A stretch of 64,000 nucleotides of DNA from an uncultured Eubacteriales bacterium (GCA_900545885.1 URAF01000004.1:65100-129099); one strand, 5' to 3'. Positions 51,153 through 61,286 are shown, numbered from the stretch's first letter. Program-made: numbers and translations. The notes: generated by a model not told the origin, from the sequence alone.

Positions 51153-52689
51153 ATCCGAGGGGAAAAAGAACAAGGAAAAGACCCGCGGACGTGTTGCCCG
51201 CAAGGCGGAAAAAGACAAGCGCAAACGGGCGGGGAAGAAAACCGTGCTTTATGACAGCGGCAGGGCAACGGATATGCATACCCCCGCGGAAAAACATATT
51301 TCTGCGGACGAGCACTCCGCTACGGACGGAAATACTCGTGTGGACGGGCATATTTCTGTCGGCGCAGAAAGTTCAACGCGCGACAACAATTCGGTGCTTG
51401 ACAACACTTCGATGACCGAAAACAATGCAATACGCGACAACAATTCGATGACCGAAAACAATTCAACGCACGATAGTGCTTCGATGGTCGTTGACGAACG
51501 CAATTTCTCGGACGGTAAGTCGTCTTTGCACGGTAACGCAGAAGTAAAACCGCGGCGTGTGCGCAATTTCGTACCGGACTCCGCCAAGATACCCTTTACG
51601 CGGACGGTGTTCCGCACCGACGGACTTAACAGGGCGCGTTTGCTAACTCGGCTTGCCGAAGTCGCCACGCTTAAAGTGCTAAGGTCAGACAGCGAAGAAT
51701 TAAGGTTTTCCGTATCTTCCGCGGATAAATCAAAGGTTGTTGCAATATTAAACTCTCTATGCTATGATTATATAATAATTAAAGAGGAAGGGCCGTTTTT
51801 TTCGCTGTTGTCGTGTCTTCGAAGGGCGGGGATTGTTGCGGGAATTGTTTGTTCGGTTGCCGCGCTTGCGGTTTATCCGCATCTCGTGACCTCGGTCGAA
51901 GCAACGGGAGAATGGAACGACGACGTTTCGCGCATACTGACCGAAAACGGAATAAGCGTCGGAAAACTCGTTTGGGAGTTTGACGGCGACGAGGTGGAAC
52001 GGCAACTTCTCGAACTGGACGGGGTGGCGTTTGCTTCCGTGTCCAAACGCGGAACGCGCGTGTATGTGGACGTGCGCACGGAACTGGACGGGGAAGATTT
52101 TGTCGACATAGGCACCCAACCCGTAAAAGCCACGGTTCGGGCAACGGTTACGCGGACGGTTGTGTTTTCGGGGAGTGCGCTTGTCGAATACGGCGACGTC
52201 GTGAATGTCGGTGACGAACTCATCGGCGCGTACGTTACGGTCGGAGAGGAAAAAGTCGCCTGTCCCGCGGACGGGGAAGTGTACGGCAAGACGTACAGAA
52301 CGCATACCAAGTTTTTCCCCGACACCGAAAACGTTGCGGTGCGCGGCAGAACGAAATCGTATACGAGGCTTTCTTTCTTCGGGAAAGTACCTTCGGCGCC
52401 TGCTTCGCCGTTTGCCGATTACGTGCTGGAAACTTCGGTGTGGCGCAACGACTTTCTTCTGGGGTATACGAAATATACGTTCACGTTTCACGAGCTGACT
52501 TTTGTCGAAAGACAGAACACGCGGACTGATGACCAGATGTCGGCGGAGACGTATTCCGAACTCGTCGCCACAATGCCCGCCGGGGTAAACGTGCTGAACA
52601 GAAGTTTTCAAGTTCGCAAAGAGAACGGCGGAACGTACGTTACGGTTACGGTAGAGGCGGAAGAGAGGATAGACAACCGCGCATTGTGA
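51145..52689 (+). CDS. yqfD: Sporulation protein YqfD (stage IV family) with ~150-aa basic then N/S/T/D-rich N-terminal extension
   Basis: TTG at 51145 lies 3 nt after GAGGTGG and overlaps the yqfC stop. The YqfD-like core runs from ~IPFTRTVFRTDGLNRARLLTRLAE, with a central TM IVAGIVCSVAALAVYP and a C-terminal beta-rich domain. The true start could be internal. Confidence 0.7.
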   Translation: MSKSEGKKNKEKTRGRVARKAEKDKRKRAGKKTVLYDSGRATDMHTPAEKHISADEHSATDGNTRVDGHISVGAESSTRDNNSVLDNTSMTENNAIRDNNSMTENNSTHDSASMVVDERNFSDGKSSLHGNAEVKPRRVRNFVPDSAKIPFTRTVFRTDGLNRARLLTRLAEVATLKVLRSDSEELRFSVSSADKSKVVAILNSLCYDYIIIKEEGPFFSLLSCLRRAGIVAGIVCSVAALAVYPHLVTSVEATGEWNDDVSRILTENGISVGKLVWEFDGDEVERQLLELDGVAFASVSKRGTRVYVDVRTELDGEDFVDIGTQPVKATVRATVTRTVVFSGSALVEYGDVVNVGDELIGAYVTVGEEKVACPADGEVYGKTYRTHTKFFPDTENVAVRGRTKSYTRLSFFGKVPSAPASPFADYVLETSVWRNDFLLGYTKYTFTFHELTFVERQNTRTDDQMSAETYSELVATMPAGVNVLNRSFQVRKENGGTYVTVTVEAEERIDNRAL

Positions 52690-52772
52690 CCTGTCGGAAA
52701 GTTCACGCGTCGGAAAGCAACGCATAAAAACCAAACGTAACGCGCAAAGCGTACGGAGGATATAGCCTGTAA

Positions 52773-53789
52773 ATGAAAGTTTCAAAAGAAAAGCATATCG
52801 AGGATTACGCCGCCTTTCAGGAGTTGTTCGGAGGGCTTGACAACAACGTGAAACTTCTCGAAGAGTCGTTCGGGGTCAGCGTTTTCGCGGGGGCGGATTC
52901 TCTCAAAATCAGCGGCGAAAAAGAGGACGTAGCCGCTGCGATTTCCGCAATAGACGCGCTGTTTACGCTGTCGCGCAAAGAGCCGCTCGGAACACAGCAA
53001 ATCGAAGCGGTTGTGGATATGGTGCGCAAAGGCAAGGTTTCGGGAGTGAAAGACCTTATGGCTTCCGTGACCGTAGCGCGCGGAAAAACCGTATACCCCA
53101 AAAGTCTGGGGCAGAAACTGTATGCCGACGCGATAAAAAACAATTCCGTGACGTTCGGAATAGGTCCTGCGGGCACGGGCAAAACATATCTTGCGGTTGC
53201 GCTCGCGGTCGACGCGTTGAAAAATCACGAAGTCGACAAAATCATTCTCACGCGTCCCGCGGTTGAAGCGGGTGAAAAGCTCGGGTTCCTTCCCGGAGAC
53301 CTTGCGGAAAAAGTCGACCCGTATCTTCGTCCGCTTTACGACGCGCTCGAAGAACTTATGGGCGGGAGCGAGACTTACCAGAAAAACATCGAAAGGGGAC
53401 TTGTGGAAATTGCGCCTCTTGCGTATATGAGAGGCAGAACGCTGAACCGCAGTTTCATAATTCTCGACGAGGCGCAGAACACGACCAAAGAGCAGATGAA
53501 AATGTTCCTTACGCGTCTTGGAGAAGGCAGTAAAATGGTCGTCAACGGCGACGATTCGCAAATTGACCTCCCGAGAAACGTAACCAGCGGACTTACTCAC
53601 GCGGAAGGCGTTTTGCAGGGAGTAAAGGATATAGCGATAGTCAGGCTCGAATACTGCGACGTGGTTCGCCACGAGCTGGTGAGCCGTATAATAAGAGCGT
53701 ACGACCGCGCCGAAAAAGAAGAGGCGGCGGAACGTAACCGCGACAAAGGGTCGGCGGAACGCACAAAAGAAGAGAGGGAAGCGGAGTAG
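52773..53789 (+). CDS. phoH: PhoH family ATPase
   Basis: Walker A GPAGTGKTYLAVALA, ILTRPAVEAGEKLGFLPGDL, IILDEAQNTT. Confidence 0.93.
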   Translation: MKVSKEKHIEDYAAFQELFGGLDNNVKLLEESFGVSVFAGADSLKISGEKEDVAAAISAIDALFTLSRKEPLGTQQIEAVVDMVRKGKVSGVKDLMASVTVARGKTVYPKSLGQKLYADAIKNNSVTFGIGPAGTGKTYLAVALAVDALKNHEVDKIILTRPAVEAGEKLGFLPGDLAEKVDPYLRPLYDALEELMGGSETYQKNIERGLVEIAPLAYMRGRTLNRSFIILDEAQNTTKEQMKMFLTRLGEGSKMVVNGDDSQIDLPRNVTSGLTHAEGVLQGVKDIAIVRLEYCDVVRHELVSRIIRAYDRAEKEEAAERNRDKGSAERTKEEREAE

Positions 53790-53808
53790 TCTTCCCGGAG
53801 GGATTGAA

Positions 53809-55284
53809 ATGAAAAAATATGTGGGCGAACTTACGGGCGTCGAAAAGGCGCAACTCAAAAAAAGACACGATTTTCTCGTGGCTTTCGCCAAGTTCTATCC
53901 TCCCGTACTGATATTCGGAATGCTGATTACGGTGTTCGCGGTTTATATGACTTCGGTGTCTTTCGAAGCCGCGTTTTTGCCGTCCAACGCCGCGTCGACA
54001 AGCGGATTTTTCGCAATAATCGCGGTGCTTTACGCAATACTGTTCTTTGCGTCGTACGGAACCAGCGACGACACGAAATTCGCGGTGCGCAATTATCTTC
54101 TCTGCGTAGCGACCGTGTCGCTTACATATGCGGCGTGTCTTATCACCAGCAGATATCTGAGCGTATTTGCGCTGCCTATCAGCCTTTGTTCTCTCGTGTT
54201 GCTCGAACTCCTCGACCGCAGGTCGGCAATGATTTCCACGCTCGTTCTGCTTGCGATGTTGCTTTTGAGCTACAACTTCGGAAGCCTTTATCCCATTCAG
54301 ACGATGCCCGCGGTCATCATCTCCGTCATCAGCAACTTCCTTGCCGCAATGTCCGTAAACATCATTGTCGGCAAACACCTCACAAGACTTAAATTCATAC
54401 TTTGGGCGTTTCTCGCCGCGCTGGTCGCGCAACCCCTTCTTCTGTTCTGCACGCTTGCCGCAGGCGATACGTCCATAAACCTGCTTTACAACGTTTTGTG
54501 GTCGTACGGCGCGTCGGTCGGTGCGGTTATGGTGTTTACGCCCATAGTCGCAATTCTCGAAGGCGTGTTCAATATCGCCGACGATTTCCGTCTTGACGAA
54601 CTCACCAATCTCAATCAGCCTCTTCTCAAACGTCTTGCGAGCGAGGCGCCCGGAACCTTCAACCATTCGCTGGTTGTCGGCAACCTTTCCGAGGCTTGCG
54701 CAAACGCAATCGGCGAAAATCCGCATCTTGCGAGAGCGGCGGCATACTATCACGACATAGGCAAACTCAAAGCGCCGATATACTTCTCCGAGAACCAGTC
54801 CACCTACAACCCCCACGACGAACTCATTCCCGAAGTCAGCGTAAGTATGATTACGTCGCACACGGTGTTCGGTGAAATTCTGGCAAAACAATACCGTTTG
54901 CCGCCCGAAATCGTCGCGGTGTGCAAGGAACATCACGGAACAGCTCCCGTGGGTTATTTCTACCGCAAGGCACTGAACCTCACGGAAGAGGGCGAATTGT
55001 CCGTCAGCAACTACACCTATTCGGGACCAAAACCGCAGAGCAAAGTCGCGGCTATTGTTATGATTGCGGACACAATCGAAGCCGCTATGCGTGCGTACAC
55101 TCCCGATACAAAGGAGGAGTTCGTGGACAGAATAAACAAGCTCGTGGACGAAAAACTCACGCTCGGACAGTTTGACGAATGCCCGATTACAATGAAGGAT
55201 TTGTCCACGATAAAGAGCACGATTATCGAAACTTTGCCCCGCGTTCAGCACGGCAGAGTGTCGTACGACAAAAAGAAACTGTAA
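53809..55284 (+). CDS. pgpH: 7TM-HD membrane phosphohydrolase (PgpH/YqfF family), short form without the N-terminal extracellular domain
   Basis: SD GGAGGG. Multiple TM helices, then the HD domain FNHSLVVGNLSE...AAAYYHDIGK...KEHHG. 491 aa. Confidence 0.85.
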   Translation: MKKYVGELTGVEKAQLKKRHDFLVAFAKFYPPVLIFGMLITVFAVYMTSVSFEAAFLPSNAASTSGFFAIIAVLYAILFFASYGTSDDTKFAVRNYLLCVATVSLTYAACLITSRYLSVFALPISLCSLVLLELLDRRSAMISTLVLLAMLLLSYNFGSLYPIQTMPAVIISVISNFLAAMSVNIIVGKHLTRLKFILWAFLAALVAQPLLLFCTLAAGDTSINLLYNVLWSYGASVGAVMVFTPIVAILEGVFNIADDFRLDELTNLNQPLLKRLASEAPGTFNHSLVVGNLSEACANAIGENPHLARAAAYYHDIGKLKAPIYFSENQSTYNPHDELIPEVSVSMITSHTVFGEILAKQYRLPPEIVAVCKEHHGTAPVGYFYRKALNLTEEGELSVSNYTYSGPKPQSKVAAIVMIADTIEAAMRAYTPDTKEEFVDRINKLVDEKLTLGQFDECPITMKDLSTIKSTIIETLPRVQHGRVSYDKKKL

Positions 55285-55370
55285 ATCAACCGCAGAAATA
55301 ATTTGTTCCGAACGGACGAAAAATCGTTCGGTTACAAAGTACGTTAAACAAGGCAGAACACGGAAAAGAT

Positions 55371-55838
55371 ATGATAATGTTCACAGGGGTAAGTTTGCCC
55401 GAAAAAAAGTTGCTCAAAAAGGTTGAAAAAGCCGTATTCGAAAGAGTGGGGCAGGAAAACTTTTTCAGCGTTGACCTTGCAGTCACGGACGGCGACACCG
55501 TGCGCCAGTTCAACCGCGAATACCGCGGGATAGACGCCGAAACGGACGTGCTCAGTTTTCCGTATTTCGACAAACTGCAACTCCCTGTGAAAAAAGAGGA
55601 TTTCACGGACGAAGCCTTTGACGGAAAGTATGTCGCGCTCGGAAGCATTATGATTTCGAGAGAACGCGTGGCGAAACAGGCGGAAGAATACGGGCATTCG
55701 TTTGAGAGAGAACTCGGTTTTCTCACTTGTCACGGACTTCTGCATCTTCTGGGGTTTGACCATATGACGCCCGAGGAAGAAAAAGAGATGTTCGGACTGA
55801 CCGACGACATTATGAACGGCGTAGGACTGAAAAGATAG
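55371..55838 (+). CDS. ybeY: rRNA maturation endoribonuclease YbeY
   Basis: TDVLSFPY and the zinc motif HGLLHLLGFDH. Confidence 0.92.
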   Translation: MIMFTGVSLPEKKLLKKVEKAVFERVGQENFFSVDLAVTDGDTVRQFNREYRGIDAETDVLSFPYFDKLQLPVKKEDFTDEAFDGKYVALGSIMISRERVAKQAEEYGHSFERELGFLTCHGLLHLLGFDHMTPEEEKEMFGLTDDIMNGVGLKR

Positions 55839-56028
55839 CCGCGAAGACAGTACATAACGGAAAGGCTGAATCAAAGTAAAACAAAAATACGCAACGACCT
55901 CCCGACGGTTCGGTAAATCCGAGCGGGAAACGGGAAGTCCGATGGAAATGATAAGATATGCCGCAATCAGGTAATCAACGGCGGCGCGACAAAAAGAAAA
56001 CGGATTGCAGTTGCAATCGAAGGTGCAT

Positions 56029-56925
56029 ATGAAATCAGGGTTTATTTGTATAGCGGGATTGCCAAACGCCGGCAAATCCACATTGATTAACGCGCTTGTG
56101 GGCGAAAAGGTTGCCATTGTTTCGTGGCGTCCTCAGACCACGCGTAACAAAATTCTCGGTATCGTCAACACGGACGACGCGCAGATGGTGTTCATCGACA
56201 CGCCAGGAATACATCAGGCTCGCAACAAGCTGGGCGAGTTTATGATGCAGTCGGTGGCAAGCGGACTTAAAGACGTCGACGGCGTTCTTTATGTGATTGA
56301 CGCGGCGAAAGGGTTGCAGAAAGAGGACTACGAGTTTCTCGAAAAGTATGCGCCGACAATGCCTGTCGTGGTTGCGCTCAACAAACAGGACGCAGTAACG
56401 CGCGACACGTTGTTTGCGTGTCTTGAAAAGCTCAATTCGGTTGCTGGACTGCGCGCCATTGTTCCCGTGTCCGCAAAGAAATGCGAAAACACGGAGCCGC
56501 TCGTCGAAGAGCTCGAAAAGTTTATGCCCGAAGGCGTTGCGATGTTCCCCGAAGATATGTACACCGACAGCACGCTCAGGTTTATGGCGGCGGAGATTAT
56601 CAGGGAAAAGGCGTTGTATCTTCTCGATAAGGAAGTTCCTTACGGTATAGGCGTACATATCAACAAGTTCGAAATGCGTGAGGACAAGCCCATTTACGAC
56701 ATTGACGCCGACGTCGTTTGCGAAAAGCAGTCGCACAAGGCCATCGTCATCGGCAAGGGTGGCGAAACGCTCAAAAAGATAGCCACGGCGGCACGTCACG
56801 ACCTCGAAGAACTTACGGGGTGCAAGGTTTATCTCACGTTGTACGTACGAGTAAAAAGCGAGTGGCGCGACAGCGATTATCTCATGCGCGAACTAGGTTA
56901 CGACGTAAAGGACTTGAAAAAATAA
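56029..56925 (+). CDS. era: GTPase Era
   Basis: G1 GLPNAGKST, G3 DTPG, G4 NKQD, and a C-terminal KH domain (KAIVIGKGGETLKKI). Confidence 0.95.
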   Translation: MKSGFICIAGLPNAGKSTLINALVGEKVAIVSWRPQTTRNKILGIVNTDDAQMVFIDTPGIHQARNKLGEFMMQSVASGLKDVDGVLYVIDAAKGLQKEDYEFLEKYAPTMPVVVALNKQDAVTRDTLFACLEKLNSVAGLRAIVPVSAKKCENTEPLVEELEKFMPEGVAMFPEDMYTDSTLRFMAAEIIREKALYLLDKEVPYGIGVHINKFEMREDKPIYDIDADVVCEKQSHKAIVIGKGGETLKKIATAARHDLEELTGCKVYLTLYVRVKSEWRDSDYLMRELGYDVKDLKK

Positions 56926-56994
56926 TCCGATGTGCGTTTGCGCCGATTGTTGCGCTCCGCGCATAAAAACCCGCCTTATGCTCAAACTGTGGAT

Positions 56995-57132
56995 ATGATG
57001 CAGGACAAAGATTTCTGGAAAATGTTTGAGCAAAGCGGCAAAATCGAATTCTACAACGCATACCGCGCGTTGAAAGACAAGGAAGATGGACAAGAAAGTA
57101 AAAGCCATAGTGACGAGGGCGGTGCCGTATAG
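56995..57132 (+). CDS. yqzL: YqzL-like small protein
   Basis: MMQDKDFWKMFEQSGKIEFYNAYRALKDKE resembles B. subtilis YqzL (FTWKVFSQTGNIDTYLLFKELE) and sits in the same era-recO gap. Weak SD. It overlaps the recO start by 47 nt. Confidence 0.5.
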   Translation: MMQDKDFWKMFEQSGKIEFYNAYRALKDKEDGQESKSHSDEGGAV

Positions 57133-57781
57133 AGAAGCGGATATGATTCTCACGCTGGTGTCCCTCGAAGAGGGGCGCATAACCGCGTCGGCGAGAGGTT
57201 GCTTGAAACCTCGCGCCAAACTGCGTTTTGCCGCTTCTCCCATGAACTTCGGCGAATATATGCTCAGCGGAAAAGGGGACAGATACATAGTTACGGACTG
57301 CGTGCAGTACGACTCTTTTTCTCCGATTACCGCGGACATCGACAAATATTACGCCGCGTGCATGATTCTGGAACTGCTTGCAAAACTTTCTCCCGAACCC
57401 CAACCCCAACTTTTTCTGCACACCGTGCAGGAACTCAAAGCCATGGCGTACGAAGGCAAAAACGCAAGAGACGCCGTGTGCGACTATCTGCTCGCCACGC
57501 TTGTCGACAACGGAAACGGACTGGATTTTTCCAACTGTGCCGTGTGCGGCTGCATACTCGACGGCGAAGCGGCGTTTTCGGAAGCGGACGGCATAGTTTG
57601 CCCCCATTGCGCAAACTACGACTCAATCCGCATAAACGCCAACGCGCGCGCGTTCATAGCGGGGCAGAACAGAGATATATCCGATACGCTTAAAAACGGA
57701 GCGAACATGCAGCTTGCGGACTTTGTGTTCCGTGCGCTCGGCGTTCGTCCCGACAACAGTTATTTCAAGGAGCAACAATGA
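57086..57781 (+). CDS. recO: DNA repair protein RecO
   Basis: An N-terminal OB fold (KAIVTRAVPYREADMILTLVSLEEGRITASARG) and a C4 zinc motif CAVCGC...CPHC. Positioned after era. Confidence 0.9.
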   Translation: MDKKVKAIVTRAVPYREADMILTLVSLEEGRITASARGCLKPRAKLRFAASPMNFGEYMLSGKGDRYIVTDCVQYDSFSPITADIDKYYAACMILELLAKLSPEPQPQLFLHTVQELKAMAYEGKNARDAVCDYLLATLVDNGNGLDFSNCAVCGCILDGEAAFSEADGIVCPHCANYDSIRINANARAFIAGQNRDISDTLKNGANMQLADFVFRALGVRPDNSYFKEQQ

Positions 57782-59838
57782 GAAAAAGAGCATTCGTACT
57801 TGTCGTCGTTGTGCTTTCACTCTGCGCGGTGCTTTTCGCAGGGTGCAACTTCAAACAGACTTATCCTTCCGTGAACGAAATTTATCAGGCGTCGGCTTCG
57901 GGTGGTCAGATTACGGGCGCGGAACTGCAAGTCGTTCTTCCCGAAGGGTGGGAAGTTTTCACCAGCGCGTCGAAAAACTATTCCAGCCACAAGGATTCCG
58001 ACACGGGTTATATTCCGTCCATAGACGCATACGTCGTGACCAACACGTCGCTTGACGTCATTTCGCTTGTCCGAACCACCAAAGGAACGGGCAAAACCGT
58101 GGGCGAACTGATTATTCCGTCCTCTTACGCAATTCAAGCGGTGCACGTCGTCGGCGACCTCGTGAGCTTCCGCAGAACGACGAACGGTATTGAAGAGTAC
58201 GGCGTATTCGACAAAAACGGCAAGGTTATGCTGAACTCCTCAAAGACGGAGAACACGTCAACGTCCACGCTTACTTCGGCAATCCGCGTGCTCGGCGGCG
58301 GACTGGTTGCGGTGAACCCCGCATACGACAAAGCTACGGTCGAGGACGGCAAAACGGGATATACTCCCATATACTGCGCGGGTACGGGCGAACTTGTTTG
58401 CCGCGTTAAAAACCCCGGCGGCAGTCTGCTCAATATGTACGGTTTCGACGGCAGATATATTTCCGTCGAATATTCGGATTCTTCCAAAGGAACTTCGACT
58501 TACATTTACGACGTGCAGTCGGCAGGTGAGGGGGTTGTCAATCTCGACCCGCCCGCGTACGGTTCTTTCGAGAACGCAGGCGGTCTTTACAGCAACTTCT
58601 ATTCCGAGTCCCTCTATCTCGGCGGCGGTAAATTTTACGTTCATCAGGAGTGGACTGTTGACTCCGACGAGGATTACACCTACCACTACGACGGCGATTA
58701 TGCAAAAGTCGTGAGATATATCTACAACGCGGCGAACGACACAAAAACCGTCTATTCCTCGCCCTATATCTTCATCAACCTCGTAAGCCCTTATTACGAC
58801 AACGACACGGACTACCTGCAAGTCGGTTCGCCTTACACGCTGTCCAGCACGTTCAGTTACGCGTCGGGCGGAATGTTCTATGACAGCAGTTCCAAGAGTT
58901 TCAAAATCGAACCCGAAAAATTCATCAAAGACGGATACGCCGTTGCATTCTTCGGGCTTTACGTCCCCGCAAGCAAAGAGGCGGAATTCGACCAGTTCGT
59001 CATAGACCGCGACCTCAACGTCGTTATGTCGCTGACGGGAAACATCGGCGTTAAAGTTGACGGAGCGCAAGATAGAGACAAAATCGGTTACTACGACCTC
59101 GTTATGCAAACCGTCGGCGGCTACACCTATTCGGCAATATCCCCCAGCGAACTGCGCGTTTATGACGGCGAAGGGAGTCTTGTGTTCAGCAAGTCCGACC
59201 GCGATTTCGTGACGGTTGCATATCAGGACGGCATTTTCGTTACGTCGATTATGAACAGCGAAGGCGACGTTCTATACGGCGGCTATGACGAAAAAGGCAA
59301 TCTCGTCATCGACTTCAAATACAGCTATATCGAACCTTTCAGAGGGTTCTACACCTATGCGGTAACAGCGGAAGGCTCCAAACGGGTACTGCTCGGCAAA
59401 GACGGCGGTGAAGTTGCTGCTATGTCCGACGGAACGGCACCGTTTGCAAACGCCGCGACCAGCAACAGCAAACCCATACTCAAACGCGGTTGTTATATCA
59501 CCAAAGCAACGGTCAACGGAACGACTTATTTCGGCGTATCCAACTATGACGTCAACGTTGACAATGCGGTCGTGATTCCTGCCGAACTCACTTCGTGCAC
59601 CATATATATTCCCAATGCGGACAACAACAGCGTTTACGTGTTCGGACAGTACGAATCGGGCGGTCAGCAGTACGTCTACAAACTCACTGGAACGGAGAGT
59701 TTCGGTGCAGGTTCGGACGGCAAACTGAGCGACGGAGAGATTGCCGCGATAGTCGTGTGCAGCGTGATAGGCGCAGGTGCGATTGTGGCGGTTGCTGTCG
59801 TGGTATCGAAGAATAAAAAGGCTAAAAAAGCCGAGTAA
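57778..59838 (+). CDS. Large lipoprotein with WG-repeat-like segments and a C-terminal TM anchor
   Basis: ATGA overlap with the recO stop. Lipobox AVLFAGC. WG-like repeats include YGVFDKNGKVML and YGGYDEKGNLVIDFKYSYIEPF. C-terminus: GAGSDGKLSDGEIAAIVVCSVIGAGAIVAVAVVVSKNKKAKKAE. Confidence 0.65.
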   Translation: MRKRAFVLVVVVLSLCAVLFAGCNFKQTYPSVNEIYQASASGGQITGAELQVVLPEGWEVFTSASKNYSSHKDSDTGYIPSIDAYVVTNTSLDVISLVRTTKGTGKTVGELIIPSSYAIQAVHVVGDLVSFRRTTNGIEEYGVFDKNGKVMLNSSKTENTSTSTLTSAIRVLGGGLVAVNPAYDKATVEDGKTGYTPIYCAGTGELVCRVKNPGGSLLNMYGFDGRYISVEYSDSSKGTSTYIYDVQSAGEGVVNLDPPAYGSFENAGGLYSNFYSESLYLGGGKFYVHQEWTVDSDEDYTYHYDGDYAKVVRYIYNAANDTKTVYSSPYIFINLVSPYYDNDTDYLQVGSPYTLSSTFSYASGGMFYDSSSKSFKIEPEKFIKDGYAVAFFGLYVPASKEAEFDQFVIDRDLNVVMSLTGNIGVKVDGAQDRDKIGYYDLVMQTVGGYTYSAISPSELRVYDGEGSLVFSKSDRDFVTVAYQDGIFVTSIMNSEGDVLYGGYDEKGNLVIDFKYSYIEPFRGFYTYAVTAEGSKRVLLGKDGGEVAAMSDGTAPFANAATSNSKPILKRGCYITKATVNGTTYFGVSNYDVNVDNAVVIPAELTSCTIYIPNADNNSVYVFGQYESGGQQYVYKLTGTESFGAGSDGKLSDGEIAAIVVCSVIGAGAIVAVAVVVSKNKKAKKAE

Positions 59839-59856
59839 TTCGGCGTCGGTGAAATC

Positions 59857-60843
59857 GTGGAAACCAAAATCGTAAAAGCAGAACAAGGACTTGACGAAGC
59901 CGTTTCGCTCATAAAAAGCGGTGAATTGGTGGTATTTCCCACTGAAACCGTGTACGGACTGGGCGCGGACGCATTCAATGCGGAAGCCGTTGCAAAGATA
60001 TTCGAAGCAAAGGGCAGACCGCAGGACAACCCGCTCATCGTGCATATATCCGACGTCGGACAAGTAAAGGAAATCGCATCGGAAGTTCCCGAAGCTTTCT
60101 ACGAACTTGCCAGCAGGTTTATGCCGGGCGCGCTTACGGTGGTTTTGCCCAAATCCGACAAAATCCCCGACATTGTCACCGCAGGCGGAAATACCGTTGC
60201 CGTGCGTATGCCCGACAATGTTTACGCAAGAGAACTCATCGCAAAGTCAAAGCCGCTTGCCGCACCTTCGGCAAACCGCAGCAAACACGTTTCGCCGACA
60301 ACGGCGCAGCACGTATTCGACGACCTCAACGGCAAAATTCCGCTCATTCTGGACGGCGGTCCCTGCGGAGTGGGGATTGAGTCGACCGTGCTTGACCTGA
60401 CTTCGGAGTTTCCGACGGTACTGCGTCCCGGTGCCGTTACTGCCGAAATGCTGTCCGAGGTTCTAGGCAGAGTGGACGGGTTCAAAGGCGCGCCTATAAA
60501 GGTTGCGAAATCGCCCGGTATGAAATATGAACACTACGCGCCTGTGGTGACCACCGTTGCCGCCGAAAGCGTCGAAAGCGCGACGGAGTGTTACGACCGA
60601 GCGGTCAAAGAGGGAAGAAACCCCGTTCTCGTTTTCCGTGACATCTACCGCGACGTTACAAAGGAAAGAAACATCGTTTCTCTCGGAGTTACGGCGGAAG
60701 ATTATATGCGCAACGTCTATTCCGCTTTGCGTTCCGCAGAAAAAGATTACGACCTCATCATAGTTGAGATTATGCAGGGCGACGGAGTGGAAAAATCTGT
60801 TATGAACCGCGTTATGAAAGCCGCGGGCGGAAAAACGGTATGA
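59857..60843 (+). CDS. L-threonylcarbamoyladenylate synthase (Sua5/YwlC type, with C-terminal Sua5 domain)
   Basis: GTG start. VVFPTETVYGLGADA, KGRPQDNPLIVH, SANRS. 328 aa. Confidence 0.92.
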   Translation: METKIVKAEQGLDEAVSLIKSGELVVFPTETVYGLGADAFNAEAVAKIFEAKGRPQDNPLIVHISDVGQVKEIASEVPEAFYELASRFMPGALTVVLPKSDKIPDIVTAGGNTVAVRMPDNVYARELIAKSKPLAAPSANRSKHVSPTTAQHVFDDLNGKIPLILDGGPCGVGIESTVLDLTSEFPTVLRPGAVTAEMLSEVLGRVDGFKGAPIKVAKSPGMKYEHYAPVVTTVAAESVESATECYDRAVKEGRNPVLVFRDIYRDVTKERNIVSLGVTAEDYMRNVYSALRSAEKDYDLIIVEIMQGDGVEKSVMNRVMKAAGGKTV

Positions 60844-61286
60844 AAATCACTTTTGTATGCACGGGCAATACCTGCCGCAGTCCTATGCTTATGGCGATGT
60901 TTTCCGACTACGCGCGGAAAGTCGGTTTCGACTGCGTCACGGACAGCGCGGGTATTATGGGCGGGGGAAGTCCCGTCAACCCGAAAACGGTTTGCGTTTT
61001 GCGTGCAAGGGGTATCGACGTCGGCGATTACACAAGCAAGGTTTTTGACGGAAAACTTGCAGAGGAGTCCGATTTTGTCTTCACGATGACGGAAGAACAA
61101 AAACACTATCTTTCCGACAACTACAAGAACGCGCGGGTAGAGTGTCTGGACTTATTCGGCGGCAAGGAAGTACCCGACCCTTACGGAATGGAACAGAGCG
61201 CGTACGACGCTGTCGGCGACGTGTTCGAAGGAATGCTTGCGGGCATATTGGAGTACGTGGAAAAGAACGCGCGGGACAAAAAGTAG
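60840..61286 (+). CDS. Low-molecular-weight protein phosphatase (YwlE-like arginine/tyrosine phosphatase)
   Basis: P-loop VCTGNTCRSPM and DPYG. The start overlaps the upstream stop (ATGA). Confidence 0.9.
   Translation: MKITFVCTGNTCRSPMLMAMFSDYARKVGFDCVTDSAGIMGGGSPVNPKTVCVLRARGIDVGDYTSKVFDGKLAEESDFVFTMTEEQKHYLSDNYKNARVECLDLFGGKEVPDPYGMEQSAYDAVGDVFEGMLAGILEYVEKNARDKK

Noticed and set aside
56986-56994. DnaA-box-like TGTGGATAT
   Set aside because: It is a single 8/9 match at the start of the yqzL-like ORF. There is no cluster of boxes and no AT-rich unwinding element, so this is not an origin.
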